A program made the position numbers and the translations under genes. This document shows, in pieces, positions 1-10,647 of a DNA stretch of 64,000 nucleotides; position 1 is the first letter of the stretch, and each line of letters starts with the position of its first letter. The stretch spans positions 1,240,001 through 1,304,000 of the forward strand of contig VRMN01000001.1 of the NCBI GenBank assembly GCA_008690995.1. Reading direction: 5' to 3'. Source of the stretch: Porphyridium purpureum. Lineage: Eukaryota. A model generated the notes under the pieces. It ran no database searches, had not been told where the DNA came from, and saw only the letters and a program-made list of their open reading frames with translations.

Positions 1-1
1 T

Positions 2-2032
2 GGCATGCCAGTAGGTCCCCGACTCTCTGAGTCCATACAATGGCTTGACTATCCGGGCGTATTGAGGGAATACACTTTCCGTGATTTTGGAAAGGATGTC
101 CCGCACGTCAGACTTTAGCCGGATGAATACTTTGCGCGATAGGTCCCACTCACTCTGCAAGTATGCTTGAGCAAAATCGCGGTATGCGATTCTATGCCCC
201 CGGATCACTGCTATGGAAAAGATCGTGCGCATCATAAACCGCGATAGCGTTGGCGCATTTATGGTTGTGGATTCCGCGCCCGGATCCCGTGTTTTGATGC
301 CTTGTGCGACGAAGCGGGATTTGAAGGTACCGTCTGCCTTGACGGTGTTTTCCATTCGCGAGCCTAATAAAGTCGCGCCCGGCGGTACTTCATGCACTGC
401 TTCAAGAGTGCCTCGATCGATTAAGCCACGAAGCTCCTTTTCCTTTGCTTCTTTCCATAAATCATCCTCGACATGGTCTGCGCTATCGAGCTTGAGAATT
501 AGATTTTCCCGTACGTCTGTGGCTCGCAAATATGGTTTCACATTGTGGATGCTGAATGATAATTGTCTTGCCGGACCTCTCATATTCGGCACGAGCACCC
601 ACACCCGGTTTCCATCAACCTTGGCGCACACAAACGGGCCCCCATACTCATACGCTTCTTCGCGGCGCACGAGGACCGGGACTCCAGCTTCAATTCTGTC
701 CCCCTCCCGCGGAAATTCAGGGGCTCGGCTCGCCAATGCTGCTTTCACACGATATTCTGCAATGGCGCGTTCATACGCGCCCCGCGCAATTATGGCCGCG
801 GAAAGGCGGGCAACATTCATTTCGCGGGAATCTTCTCGGGCCGATTCTGGTCGCATGGCCAGTCGTGGTATTGTCCCAAACACCAGAAGGCTGGGAATTA
901 CACCTTCTGGGCCGGTGGTTACATTGACCGCCCGTACAGCGATGGCGAGAGAGTCCTCTGGAGTCAAACCTGGTTGGTCGCGGCGGACTCGTAGATACGT
1001 TTTCCGTAGAGGCTCATGGTGTCGTTCCACCGTTCCTTGGGACCAATGCGACTCTATGGGGACGACGTCTACGACAGAGCACTCCCCTAGCATGAGCGCC
1101 TTAAAGTCGGCTGACGCAAAATTACTCTGGTGGTCCACTGTGATTCGATGCGGACTACCGAATACAGATATCCATCCCCGGAAAAATAAACAGAACAGGT
1201 CTTGAGCAGTTTCTCCGGACACAAACCATGCCCCGTTGAGCTTTGTGCCATTGCAGACTGCGTGTAGAACCGGGATGGATGGACTTGTTGCATCTGGATT
1301 CAAGTACATGATGTCAAGCGATACATTGTGGTTAAATGAAACCTCAATTTCCGCAGCAACTTTAAAGCTGCTTCGCCGCCCGGAATACCACTGGCAAATA
1401 TCACACACGCGCAGCATGTCGTGTAGTTTCTTGTACTGTTCTGATGACAACGGGTTCCCAGAAAGGCGCAGTATCTTCTTCATCTGGGCGGCGCTTGCGT
1501 GTCCGAATCTTTTGTGAATATTTTTGAGCTCGGCGTCTGTGAACAGTAAAGCTTGTTCGGATGACTCCACATGGAATAATCCTTTCGAAAACGAATTTGC
1601 CGGGATCGATATGTGTTTGGAAGGCGCCACTTCTAAACGGATGTCAAAGTTCGGCCCTTGTAGTCGTAGAGGTGGTGGTTCACGTACCACGTTCAGTCGG
1701 TGACGCTCGAGTTCGTCGTTGCCGATGAGGATGGGCAGATTTGAGCCTTGGACCACAATGAAATGGAAAGAAAGAAAGGCGTCTGCACCAATCCCGACAC
1801 GCACGGTCCCGACTCCGACCGGCTCCAGGCGCTTTCCCCAGACAAGTGTTGGGAGTTCTTTTGGTACGGGTTCAAGTGTCTTAGGTGACCCTACGGTTTC
1901 ACAATATTCGAAAAATGCGGCCACGCCTGCGACCGAAATCGGGGCGCCCGTATCCACAAACACACCTCTCCAGCGGCGCAGTGGCGCTGTGCGGCCGGAA
2001 ATCCCACATATCGCCACCTGCACCATAAGGAG
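2..2032 (-). CDS. pol: Retrotransposon Pol (protease-integrase-RT), partial; absent from the ORF track because it has no stop inside the window
   Basis: Open frame in phase with gag. Protease FVDTGA...PILIGND; integrase HKRFGH...CDIC, SLDIMY, TVDHQSNF, GTVERHH (DDE), GGPF; RT WKEAKEKELRGL, KSRFVAQG, RDFAQAYLQS, KPLYGLRESGTYW. Confidence 0.93.
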
Positions 2033-3364
2033 TCATGCTTGCTCATCAGGATCGTTCTGGTCATAATCGACTAGTTTTTCTCGCAAAGAAGCCACGCTTT
2101 CCTTTTCTGCATCAACATCCGGGTCGGGTTCGCCCTCATTCTCCGGGTCGACCCACGCGACTCTTGAGGGCGGGCGCCCGTGCTTTTTCCAGCACGTACT
2201 TTCTTCATGTCCTTTGATGCCACAAAAACTGCAAAGTTTGTCAGTTTTCGTAGCAAACCTCCTACGCGGTCCTTCAGCCTTCTGGAAGCCGGTAAGAATA
2301 TCGTCACCCTTTCCGAAGAGGGTGCCCTTGTTGTAATCCATTCCTTTGAGTATGTGTGAGAACTTGAAAATTTTCTCTTCGGGATTGCGGGCCTGGATCA
2401 AGGTGAAGAGCGGTGAAAATGTCGACGCCATGATTGCGCGGGAGACGTGGCGGGCAAGGCCGTCGGGTGTGTTATCGGGTACGTCGAGTTCGCGTGCCTC
2501 GGCTTCCACAGCGGCTCTCAGCCTGACCAACGACTCGTGTCTCGATGGCGACGACGTGATAAACTGGTCGAGGTTGAGCCGGCTTAGTGCCAAAATACGC
2601 TGTTCTCTCTTATCGTTTGAGTCGAATGACGACTTGAGCATGGCAAGCATCGAGTCTAAGCGCTGGTGTTGGGCGCTCGACACGAGCGCTTCGGCGCTTC
2701 CGCCCAGAATAAGCGGAAGCGCGCTTCTCGCCGTAGAGTCGTCGATGCGGAATACCGTTCGCGCTTGTTCGAATTTTCGGTACCAAACGGCAAATGGCAT
2801 GCCATTTGGCTCGCCAGTGAAGACATACCGCTCGAAGTATTTTGTAAAGGCGACTTCATTTGGACTCGAGGACGCGTTTCCTCTTCTCAGACCGCGCGAC
2901 TCACCAGCTCCGCCAAGCTCGACGTAGTTTTTATCTTCGTTCCCCAATGAAGTCTGGGAGAATGCTCTGAATGAGTCCTGGATATTGCGCCCGTACTCGA
3001 AGTTTGGCACCCCGCGGAGGCGACAGTATCGCTGCCACGCGAGGAGGCTCGGCGGGCCACCGTTTTCTTTCAGTAGGTCGTACGACATAAGGCTCTCAAC
3101 CATCATCATTTCAATGTCATCGTTCCCCATCTCGTCGGCAGTCCTTAGCATGTCCTCGACAATTTCATTCTTCGCTTTGACGTCGAGCCATGGGAAGCGC
3201 TCTGCTGCGCGTTCAGGCCGGGATGCTGGTACCTGTGTGTCGAGTGCCGGGCTTGATCTCTGCTTCTCTGGTACCGTCGAGGATGCGCCCGCCCGAGACG
3301 AATGAGCGCCTCGTGTCCTCGAAGATACAGGGGAAGTTGGGGCGGCTTCTCCCTCACTGGACAT
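2033..3364 (-). CDS. gag: Retrotransposon Gag
   Basis: 443-aa ORF with a Cx2Cx4Hx4C zinc knuckle (CSFCGIKGHEESTC) near the C-terminus, directly upstream of pol. Confidence 0.9.
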   Translation of the reverse strand: MSSEGEAAPTSPVSSRTRGAHSSRAGASSTVPEKQRSSPALDTQVPASRPERAAERFPWLDVKAKNEIVEDMLRTADEMGNDDIEMMMVESLMSYDLLKENGGPPSLLAWQRYCRLRGVPNFEYGRNIQDSFRAFSQTSLGNEDKNYVELGGAGESRGLRRGNASSSPNEVAFTKYFERYVFTGEPNGMPFAVWYRKFEQARTVFRIDDSTARSALPLILGGSAEALVSSAQHQRLDSMLAMLKSSFDSNDKREQRILALSRLNLDQFITSSPSRHESLVRLRAAVEAEARELDVPDNTPDGLARHVSRAIMASTFSPLFTLIQARNPEEKIFKFSHILKGMDYNKGTLFGKGDDILTGFQKAEGPRRRFATKTDKLCSFCGIKGHEESTCWKKHGRPPSRVAWVDPENEGEPDPDVDAEKESVASLREKLVDYDQNDPDEQA

Positions 3365-3377
3365 TCTGACCCGTCAG

Positions 3378-3894
3378 CAGACCGCTAATCGCTTCACTCA
3401 GGCCCGACTCCTTGCTGGATAGATCAAAGAAAGCGGACGAAGAGAGCAAACGGGCAAGCACAAGTGAATTTCGAAATGTCACAAAAACCGGTTTTACGGG
3501 GTTTTGTGCCCCGGAGAGACCGCGAAGGCGTAGGGAAGAACTGCTACACGTCAGGCAGTGGGCCCGCCACCACGGACGTGAGGTCGGTCTGCAGGAGGTG
3601 ATCTTCAGAATCCCTTGCTGCTTATAAGGACAACAAACCCTTTTTAACTAAATGTTCTTCACTACGCTCATCTCTGGTCCTCCTTTTTCTCCCGTCATTA
3701 GCTTGCGGGAGACGGAGTCCACTTTATATACTTCGCACGAGGTGACCGCTGTACGCCGGGCTGGCGTGGGACGAGATCCTGCGTGAGAACTATCTTGCGA
3801 GGCTCGGCATGATCCCGTGCCTGTCGACAGCCCGGAGAAGCGATGCGAGGTGCATCTCTTAGTACAGTGGCTTGGAAGAGTGAACTTTCTGACA
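3378..3894 (-). repeat. Putative 5' LTR/leader of the copia element
   Basis: Non-coding region upstream of gag. The minus strand begins TGTCAG at 3894 and has TATATAAA at ~3723-3730. The second LTR is outside the window, so the boundaries are unverified. Confidence 0.35.
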
Positions 3895-4009
3895 ATTCCA
3901 GAGAAAAAGGGCGCGAAACGTGAGGCGAAATGCGTTTCATCAAATCATTCTGTTTTACTATAAACATAATCGGCTAAAACGGTTCCATAGCCGGTTAGTC
4001 GATAAGAAG

Positions 4010-5209
4010 ATGGTTAAAATTGTGCCGCCTTCTCATATTAAATTGCGGTCATTTGTAAGAACGTTTTCGACGATGCACGCCAGACCACCAGCTCGCTTCA
4101 TGGGCTTGGTCTGGCATGGAGAGATAGAGACGCCTTTTGACAGTGATGAGTGGGTGCGCATTGACCTCGTCATGGATGCGCTGATCCGCGTTGCGGTGGA
4201 TGTGGTGAGCCGCGCATGCGCAGTCAGTCGACGCGTGCAGCTGGGATTTCAGTTCGGCAACCAGCTGAGCAAGAATGACGCCTCGCCCGTCACCGTGGCG
4301 GACTTTGCCGTCCAGGCGCTCGTGCTGTATGAGCTGAAAAGCGCGTTTCCGGAGCACGTGTTTATCGCAGAAGAATCTGCCGAGCCGCTTCGCAACGATC
4401 CCGTGCTGGCCAAGTACGTGCTGGATGCCGTGAATTCTGGGCGCAAGGCCGGGCATGCGCTGCTCAGCGTATCGGACATTTGCGGCGCGATCGACCTAGG
4501 CTTGCATGTAGGCGGCGACTTGAAGGACACCTGGGTGCTCGACCCCATTGATGGGACCAAAGGATTTATGCGAAAACAGCAGTATTGCATCGCACTCGGA
4601 TTTTTGCGTAACGGCATTCCCTCTCTCGGCGTCCTGGGCTGCCCAAACTTGCCCGAACGACTGGAAAACACAGCGACGTACGAGGCACGCGCAGAAGTAG
4701 AAGGCGGATCTATCTTTCACGCTGTCGTGGCAGACCATGTGGCTTACATGCAAAGTGCCAGCGTCCCGGAACCGCTGTACAATACGCCCGTTCGCGTGTG
4801 CGAAGAGAAGGAGGCGATGATGGCCGTCTTTATGGAAAGTGTCGAGGCAGCACACTCCAGCCACGGTATTTCTGCTCAAGTTGCATCTTTGCTGGGAGTC
4901 TCGCAACCCCCTGTGCGCATGGATTCACAAGTCAAGTATGGATCATTGTCACGCGGCGACGCAACGATATTTTTGCGGTTTCCGCGCGGTGGGTATGTTG
5001 AAAACATCTGGGACCATGCTGCGGGTGTGGTTGTGCTTTCCGCGGCCGGCGGGCACGTTTCTGACGGAACAGGCGCTCCTCTAGACTTCAGCAAGGGCAG
5101 GAAGCTTAACAATCAGATGGGCATCGTGGCCACCAACGGAGTGCTGCACGACGCAGTAGTAGAAGCCGTGCGGCTTGCATTCGAGGAAAGCGGAACGCGT
5201 GCGCAGTAG
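4010..5209 (+). CDS. SAL1: 3'(2'),5'-bisphosphate nucleotidase (SAL1/HAL2/MET22 family)
   Basis: SPVTVADF, AEES, WVLDPIDGTKGF, GVLGCPNL, RMDSQVKYG and ENIWDHAAG motifs; start uncertain (ATG at 4010, 4073 or later). Confidence 0.93.
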   Translation: MVKIVPPSHIKLRSFVRTFSTMHARPPARFMGLVWHGEIETPFDSDEWVRIDLVMDALIRVAVDVVSRACAVSRRVQLGFQFGNQLSKNDASPVTVADFAVQALVLYELKSAFPEHVFIAEESAEPLRNDPVLAKYVLDAVNSGRKAGHALLSVSDICGAIDLGLHVGGDLKDTWVLDPIDGTKGFMRKQQYCIALGFLRNGIPSLGVLGCPNLPERLENTATYEARAEVEGGSIFHAVVADHVAYMQSASVPEPLYNTPVRVCEEKEAMMAVFMESVEAAHSSHGISAQVASLLGVSQPPVRMDSQVKYGSLSRGDATIFLRFPRGGYVENIWDHAAGVVVLSAAGGHVSDGTGAPLDFSKGRKLNNQMGIVATNGVLHDAVVEAVRLAFEESGTRAQ

Positions 5210-5441
5210 GCTGCATCGTTAACATTTTGAAGGTATAGTCGGGCGCATATTTTTGGTAGAGACAGGGGGTGATGTACCTTTACAAGGTCTAGAAAAGTCG
5301 GGTTCTCCGCGCCTGCTTGCGCTCCCCAGTAAATAAAACATGAGGAACCAACGCACCAAACTCGAATAAGACCAAAAAGACAAACAGACGTGAGTCCAAC
5401 AGAGAAAAAAGTTATAAGCGATGCCGAGCTCAGCAGCGCAC

Positions 5442-6830
5442 TTACAACGTTTTAAGCACATCGCGGGTGGCCTCGATGGTCTTGTCAATGTCCTCCTCTG
5501 TATGCGCTAGACCCGTGAATCCAGCCTCGTAGGCAGAAGGCGCCAAGTAGATGCCTCGCTCGAGCATGCCCCGGTGGAACTTGCCGAACTTGGCTCCGTC
5601 CTGGTTTGCCGCGGCGTCCTCAAAGTTCTTGACGGGCACGCTGCTGAAGAACTGGCCAAACATGGCTGAAATGGACCCACCGGTCATATCATGGCCGGTT
5701 TCCTTTGCAACCTCAAGAAGGCCGTTCGACAGTCGCTTCGTGATTTTGTCCAGTTGCTCGTAGGCTCCTGGGCGACGCAGAATCTCGAGCGTCTTGAGAC
5801 CGGCCGTCATGGCTAGCGGGTTTCCTGACAGAGTACCAGCCTGGTACATGGGGCCTGCTGGCGCCACCATCTCCATAATCTCACGGCGTCCACCGTAAGC
5901 GCCGACGGGGAGGCCACCCCCGATGACCTTGCCAAAAGTCGACACATCCGGCTTGACGTCAAAGTAGGCTTGCGCGCCTCCGTACGAAATGCGGAAGCCC
6001 GTCATCACCTCATCGAAGCAAAGCAGTGCTCCGTGCTTTGTGCAGAGCTCGCGCAGTCCCTTCAAGAAAGAGACGTCAGGGACGATGAAGCCCGAGTTTC
6101 CGACCACACCTTCCAGAATGACGCCCGCGATCTCGCCCTCGTTTGCCTCAAAGAGTTGGCGCACCGACTCGAGATTGTTGTACTGCGCGACCAGCGTCGC
6201 GGCAGTCGTAGACTTCGGCACTCCAGGCGAGTCTGGCAGACCCAGCGTCGCCACACCCGAGCCCGCTTGCACCAGGTACATGTCAGCGTGGCCGTGGTAG
6301 CAGCCGGAGAATTTGATCAGCTTTTCGCGCCCAGTGAACGCGCGCATGAGACGAATGACGCTCATGCATGCCTCAGTGCCCGAATTGACCATGCGGACCA
6401 TTTCGAGGCTGGGCACCGCATCGATGACCGCGCTTGCGAGCTCGTTCTCGAGCTCGCACGGCGCACCAAAGGACGTTCCCTTCTCGATCGCCTTGATGAG
6501 CGCCTCATTCACCTCGTCGTTCGCCGCGCCGACGATGGCCGGTCCCCAGGAGCCGATGTAATCGATGTACTCATTCCCATCCACGTCGTAAGCCTTGGAC
6601 CCCTTGACGCGGTCGAAAACCACCGGGTTTCCCCCGACGGAGCGGAATGCGCGCACGGGCGAGTTGACGCCGCCTGGCATGAGCTTCTTTGCCTGCTCGA
6701 AGATCTCTGTCGACCGCTGAGTGTTCAGCCGCGGCTTGGCCGCGGTGCACACCAGCTCGCCACCCGCTGCGCGACGCACCGTGCGCCCCGCAGCAGGCAC
6801 CGCCGCGGCCCCCACAAACGCAACCTCCAT
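5442..6830 (-). CDS. hemL: Glutamate-1-semialdehyde 2,1-aminomutase, plastid-targeted
   Basis: [43 protein letters not shown] and [10 protein letters not shown]; transit peptide MEVAFVG. Confidence 0.98.
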   Translation of the reverse strand: MEVAFVGAAAVPAAGRTVRRAAGGELVCTAAKPRLNTQRSTEIFEQAKKLMPGGVNSPVRAFRSVGGNPVVFDRVKGSKAYDVDGNEYIDYIGSWGPAIVGAANDEVNEALIKAIEKGTSFGAPCELENELASAVIDAVPSLEMVRMVNSGTEACMSVIRLMRAFTGREKLIKFSGCYHGHADMYLVQAGSGVATLGLPDSPGVPKSTTAATLVAQYNNLESVRQLFEANEGEIAGVILEGVVGNSGFIVPDVSFLKGLRELCTKHGALLCFDEVMTGFRISYGGAQAYFDVKPDVSTFGKVIGGGLPVGAYGGRREIMEMVAPAGPMYQAGTLSGNPLAMTAGLKTLEILRRPGAYEQLDKITKRLSNGLLEVAKETGHDMTGGSISAMFGQFFSSVPVKNFEDAAANQDGAKFGKFHRGMLERGIYLAPSAYEAGFTGLAHTEEDIDKTIEATRDVLKTL

Positions 6831-7383
6831 TCTATCTCGTTCACTGCCGCAGCCGTTCCTCTCTATCCTCTCGCACTCGTCTCCTCTTTCGGATCTACAC
6901 GCACCCTCCTCGCTTCTCCCGCCGTGGTCCTCGCCTGAAATCCCATCAAAAAAGCAGCGTCCTTCATCAGCTGCACAGATTTCTCACTTTTCCCTTCCAA
7001 ACGAGCTCAGAAAAGTCGGCGACTGATCTCGACGCAACTGTACCCGTATCTAAAGCGCCCGACCCGCGCGCACCGCCGCTCCAAATGCGCGGCACGCTCG
7101 AGCTGTACACGTTCGCAGCGGAACGCCAACGCTCATTGCCGCGAGCCAGCAGGACGCGCGGCTGAGAGCAGCAGGCTCTTTAAGCGGTTGCAGGCACTAC
7201 TTGTCCGTGACTCTCGACACCACCCGCAGAGAAAACCAAACACTGTGCGTTAGCGATGCGCAGAGCCCACGCATGAAGCGCGACGCCGAGCGTGGCCTTT
7301 ATGGCCATTGTCGGTACCGACTGTGCGCCAGGAAGGAGACTGTCGATGTGTTCATCATGGCCGCAGTTCACATTTGGGGCGCG

Positions 7384-7428
7384 CGACTTCGATTTCGATT
7401 TCGATTTCGATTTCGATTTCGATTTCGA
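7384..7428. repeat. Hexanucleotide microsatellite (CGATTT)n, ~7 units
   Basis: Seen directly; intergenic between the divergent GSA and hemerythrin-like genes. Confidence 0.95.
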
Positions 7429-7848
7429 CCGGCAGCCTGCCGCATCGGCACGTGGACGTGCGCATGCGCCGCCTTTTTCATTCCGCCGTGCGCGTCGCAC
7501 TGTACCTCTGTGGGTGACGTGTGTTTGGGACGATGTACAGTTGCACCTATTCGCTGTACGTCGGCGCGCGCGCTGACTGTCTGCGCGGCAGGATGGACAG
7601 TAGACGACGTGGTTTTAGTAAGAACAGGCTGCGCGTGTTGAATGAGTTGGTGTTTCCTCAGTAGTGTTACTGACATGGGGCAGATGATGGATTGGCAGTT
7701 GATGGATTGGTGGATTGGAGGGGGGGCGCGCCGGGGCCTTTCTGATGCGGATGTGACGTGACAGGAAAGTTCCCGCGGAACGGCGCGTGTCTCTCTCTCA
7801 GCCCGCTGGCCGCGTAGACCACGACAAAAGAGGCGCGCGCGCGCGTGC

Positions 7849-7877
7849 GTGTGTATGTGTGTGTGTGTGTGTGTGTG
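7849..7877. repeat. (GT)n microsatellite preceded by (GC)n
   Basis: Seen directly. Confidence 0.9.
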
Positions 7878-8059
7878 TTAGTGACGGCAAGGCAGGTGTT
7901 GTTGTCATTGGTCTTGATTGTGTTCGCCGCTCGGACGCGCGCTCGGCCTGCTGCGCTGGACGAGAGAAGAGCGCGTGTCCGCGAGAGGCAGGCGCCTGTT
8001 GACACACAGGCTGTGGTAGGCAAGCGTGGCTGACCGGGCTTGCTTCGACGCGCTCAGAG

Positions 8060-10462
8060 ATGAGCGGGCCCGCGCGAAGGGCGCCGAGTGGGGCCCAGAA
8101 AATAGGCATAGAGCAGAGCATTCCCGGCGTGCGGATGCCGCCGAAATCGCCGCCCAGCGCGGGTGTGGCTGGACTGGCGTCGCCAACGGCGCGGAGAAAC
8201 CCGCGCGGCCTGGCGCCGTCAGGCGCGTCGGCGTCGTCGCTGTCTGCAGCAGCCTCCGCAAAGCGCCCACCGTCCGCTCCGGGTACGCAGGGAGTGCGCT
8301 CACCGGGCAGCTCGGTCTCCGCAGCACCACCAGCAAACCGCAGTAACTCGGCGCCGCGCCAGAACAGTCAGCGTTTGTCCATGGAGTACGGAAATATTAT
8401 GCGCGCGGCTGCGTTGCCCATTCGGCTTGGTTCGGAATCACAAGACCTGACGACCATATTCAGCGAGGATCTGTCTGGAGATCAAGAAAATAAGAAGGGC
8501 TCACTGGTGAAATTCAGCACGGCCAAGTTTTCGCGGCGCTCGTCCGATTTTGTGGCAAACTTCAGTGGGTCAGTCGATAGCAATGCGGGCTCAGAGACAG
8601 ATGGGGGCGCTTCCAAGAAAGGCGGGGGCCTATTTGCGCGCTCCAAGACCAGTGACAGGCCTTCGACAGCGTCGTCCACAAATGCGTCCGAGTCAGCGCA
8701 GCTAGCAGCGAAGAGCTCTGGACCGCGAACAGAGCGCACGTGGGATGATAAGGTGATCATGGCGCATCTTAAGGCGGGCCTGCTGCCTCGCTCTGCAGAG
8801 CAGCAAGTGGATATGCGCCGCCAACCACCTCTCCAGCTTATTCCGTACCAAAAAAATTGGGCACGGGACGTTTTTGTCGTCCCGCACAACGCGATCCGCA
8901 GAGAACTTATGGACTGCTACATGATCCTCTTTGCCATGGACGTGCGCCGCGATGACATGACGGCGAAGGATTTTGACATGTTTTTCCAATGGTGGAAGAC
9001 GTTCGCGTTGTTTGTGATTCACTACTTGGACGCCGAGGAGGACGTCATCTATCCATGGTTTGAGGAGCGCCAGAAACTGACTGGCTTACTCGCCAAGGAG
9101 AAGCGGAACAAGATCAAGGAGCACATGCGGCATGTGTTGTACCTGGTCATGAAAAGCGAGGAACGGCTGAACACGCCAAACTTTAACTTTGACCCTCTTT
9201 TGCTTCTGAAGCGCGCAGTAGACAAGTTCTGCCTCCTCACGCTGGAGTACTTCACCTTGGAGGAAAAACTTCTTCCACATACAATTCAGCAGCATTGCAC
9301 AGAGAAGGAGAAGCGGGAGGTAGAGAAGGCGTACGCCAACTATTTGCTGAAGGGTGAGAATCCGGGCACAGATCTCGTGATTCTTACTCGATGGCTTCAA
9401 GTTTCTGAGCGAGATCCAAAGAGATTGTTGGAATGGAGATACGACAATCTTGGTCCGATGAGCTGGAGCAATGTGCAGTATGGTGTTTGGTGGAAGGCGG
9501 TGAATGCCAAGCATTTGGACGTGCCGCGCATATTTAAAGTCCGGCGCGACGTGTACAAGACCGAGCTGCGGCAGCGCGAGATTTTGAGGTCCGAAAATCC
9601 TGAACAGTACAAGCGCAAGTATGCTAAATTTGAGCAGGATCGTGCGCGTGCGCGAGCCTTCAAGATGCAGGACGGCACAGAACTTTTCTCCAGTGTAACA
9701 GGAACTGAGCGTGATCATGAAATGGATAAGCTCGCAATTTCATCGAACTCACCAGTATCGCCAAAGTCGCCGAAATCGCCGCTCTCGCTCTCAAAGTCTC
9801 CGAATGCCAAGTCGCCGTCGAGCGCCGATGCGGCGAACACTTTGCTCGACCCGAGCGAGCTAAGCTCACTCACGTCTGAAAACGCGTTTGCGAAGAAATC
9901 TAGCGTCTCGACGACAGAGGCGCAGCAAGCACAAGCCCTTGCAGCTGCGCGGTCAATGTCGTCGTCTGCATCAAATGCGCGCGTTGCTGGAATTGGTCGA
10001 CTGGACAGTAGTGCGTCAATGTTCAGTAGCAAGTCGTTTGTTTTGAGCAGTGAGGGACAGGCCGAGTTGGAAGAGCTGGTAAATAAGGCTGCGAAGTTGA
10101 ACGAGTATCTGGCAGTGATGGACCGAAAGTACGGATCTGGGCTCGCAGATTCGTACGGAGCCAATGGTAATGATGATGCCCTGAGCCTTCGCTCGGAAGA
10201 ATACTCCCATTCTTACAATCTTGGCGACGAACTCTCGCTGGTGGACGATACGGGATACCAATACAACATGCCGGATGCTGTGAGTGCGTACAGCGCAAGT
10301 TTGATGGGCGACGAGGATTCAAAGAGCATCTTAGATGACATCGATATTGACTTGGATAACTTGAGCTTAGCAGATGACTCGGAGGGCTTTGATGTGGGCG
10401 CGTTTGACCTGGAGCAGTATCTTGAATTTGATGCGCACATTTCAGCGTCCGGTCGACGCTGA
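8060..10462 (+). CDS. 800-aa protein with a central hemerythrin (HHE)-like helical domain and Ser/Pro-rich and acidic flanks
   Basis: PHNAIRREL...HYLDAEEDVIYPW...YFTLEEKLLP spacing resembles the hemerythrin H...HxxxEE...HxxxEE pattern, partly degenerate; long ORF with coding-like composition. Confidence 0.7.
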   Translation: MSGPARRAPSGAQKIGIEQSIPGVRMPPKSPPSAGVAGLASPTARRNPRGLAPSGASASSLSAAASAKRPPSAPGTQGVRSPGSSVSAAPPANRSNSAPRQNSQRLSMEYGNIMRAAALPIRLGSESQDLTTIFSEDLSGDQENKKGSLVKFSTAKFSRRSSDFVANFSGSVDSNAGSETDGGASKKGGGLFARSKTSDRPSTASSTNASESAQLAAKSSGPRTERTWDDKVIMAHLKAGLLPRSAEQQVDMRRQPPLQLIPYQKNWARDVFVVPHNAIRRELMDCYMILFAMDVRRDDMTAKDFDMFFQWWKTFALFVIHYLDAEEDVIYPWFEERQKLTGLLAKEKRNKIKEHMRHVLYLVMKSEERLNTPNFNFDPLLLLKRAVDKFCLLTLEYFTLEEKLLPHTIQQHCTEKEKREVEKAYANYLLKGENPGTDLVILTRWLQVSERDPKRLLEWRYDNLGPMSWSNVQYGVWWKAVNAKHLDVPRIFKVRRDVYKTELRQREILRSENPEQYKRKYAKFEQDRARARAFKMQDGTELFSSVTGTERDHEMDKLAISSNSPVSPKSPKSPLSLSKSPNAKSPSSADAANTLLDPSELSSLTSENAFAKKSSVSTTEAQQAQALAAARSMSSSASNARVAGIGRLDSSASMFSSKSFVLSSEGQAELEELVNKAAKLNEYLAVMDRKYGSGLADSYGANGNDDALSLRSEEYSHSYNLGDELSLVDDTGYQYNMPDAVSAYSASLMGDEDSKSILDDIDIDLDNLSLADDSEGFDVGAFDLEQYLEFDAHISASGRR

Positions 10463-10647
10463 CGAGGGTCTGAAGTGATACAATTCAATACCTTATCTTT
10501 CTGTCTCTCCCTCTCTCCTGTAGGATATCCGTTAAAAGGAAAATAATGTACATGTGAAGGTTTGATTGGCAGATTTCGAAGCATTCAGGTGCATATGTTG
10601 CGCAGCTCCGCCACGATGGAATGATCCTGGCAACGTGTTATGCAAAC

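Larger units (their letters stand above)
1..3894 (-). mobile_element. Ty1/copia LTR retrotransposon, 5' part (runs off the window start); 5' boundary approximate
   Basis: Manual minus-strand translation gives gag with a CCHC knuckle, then protease, integrase and reverse transcriptase in copia order (PR-IN-RT). The motifs GPEGVIPSLLVFG and RDFAQAYLQS resemble GalEa-type copia elements as I recall them (unverified). Confidence 0.93.

Noticed and set aside
213..1205. 330-aa plus-strand ORF, and other plus ORFs up to 3305
   Set aside because: Antisense shadows of pol and gag; the real motifs are on the minus strand.
5970..6938. 322-aa plus-strand ORF
   Set aside because: Antisense to the highly codon-biased GSA gene, with no motifs. 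The same applies to the many ORFs opposite MAPK, ThrRS, Fes1 and GT4.
7180..7676. ORFs with SKSK/FDFD/RFRF runs
   Set aside because: Translations of the CGATTT microsatellite.
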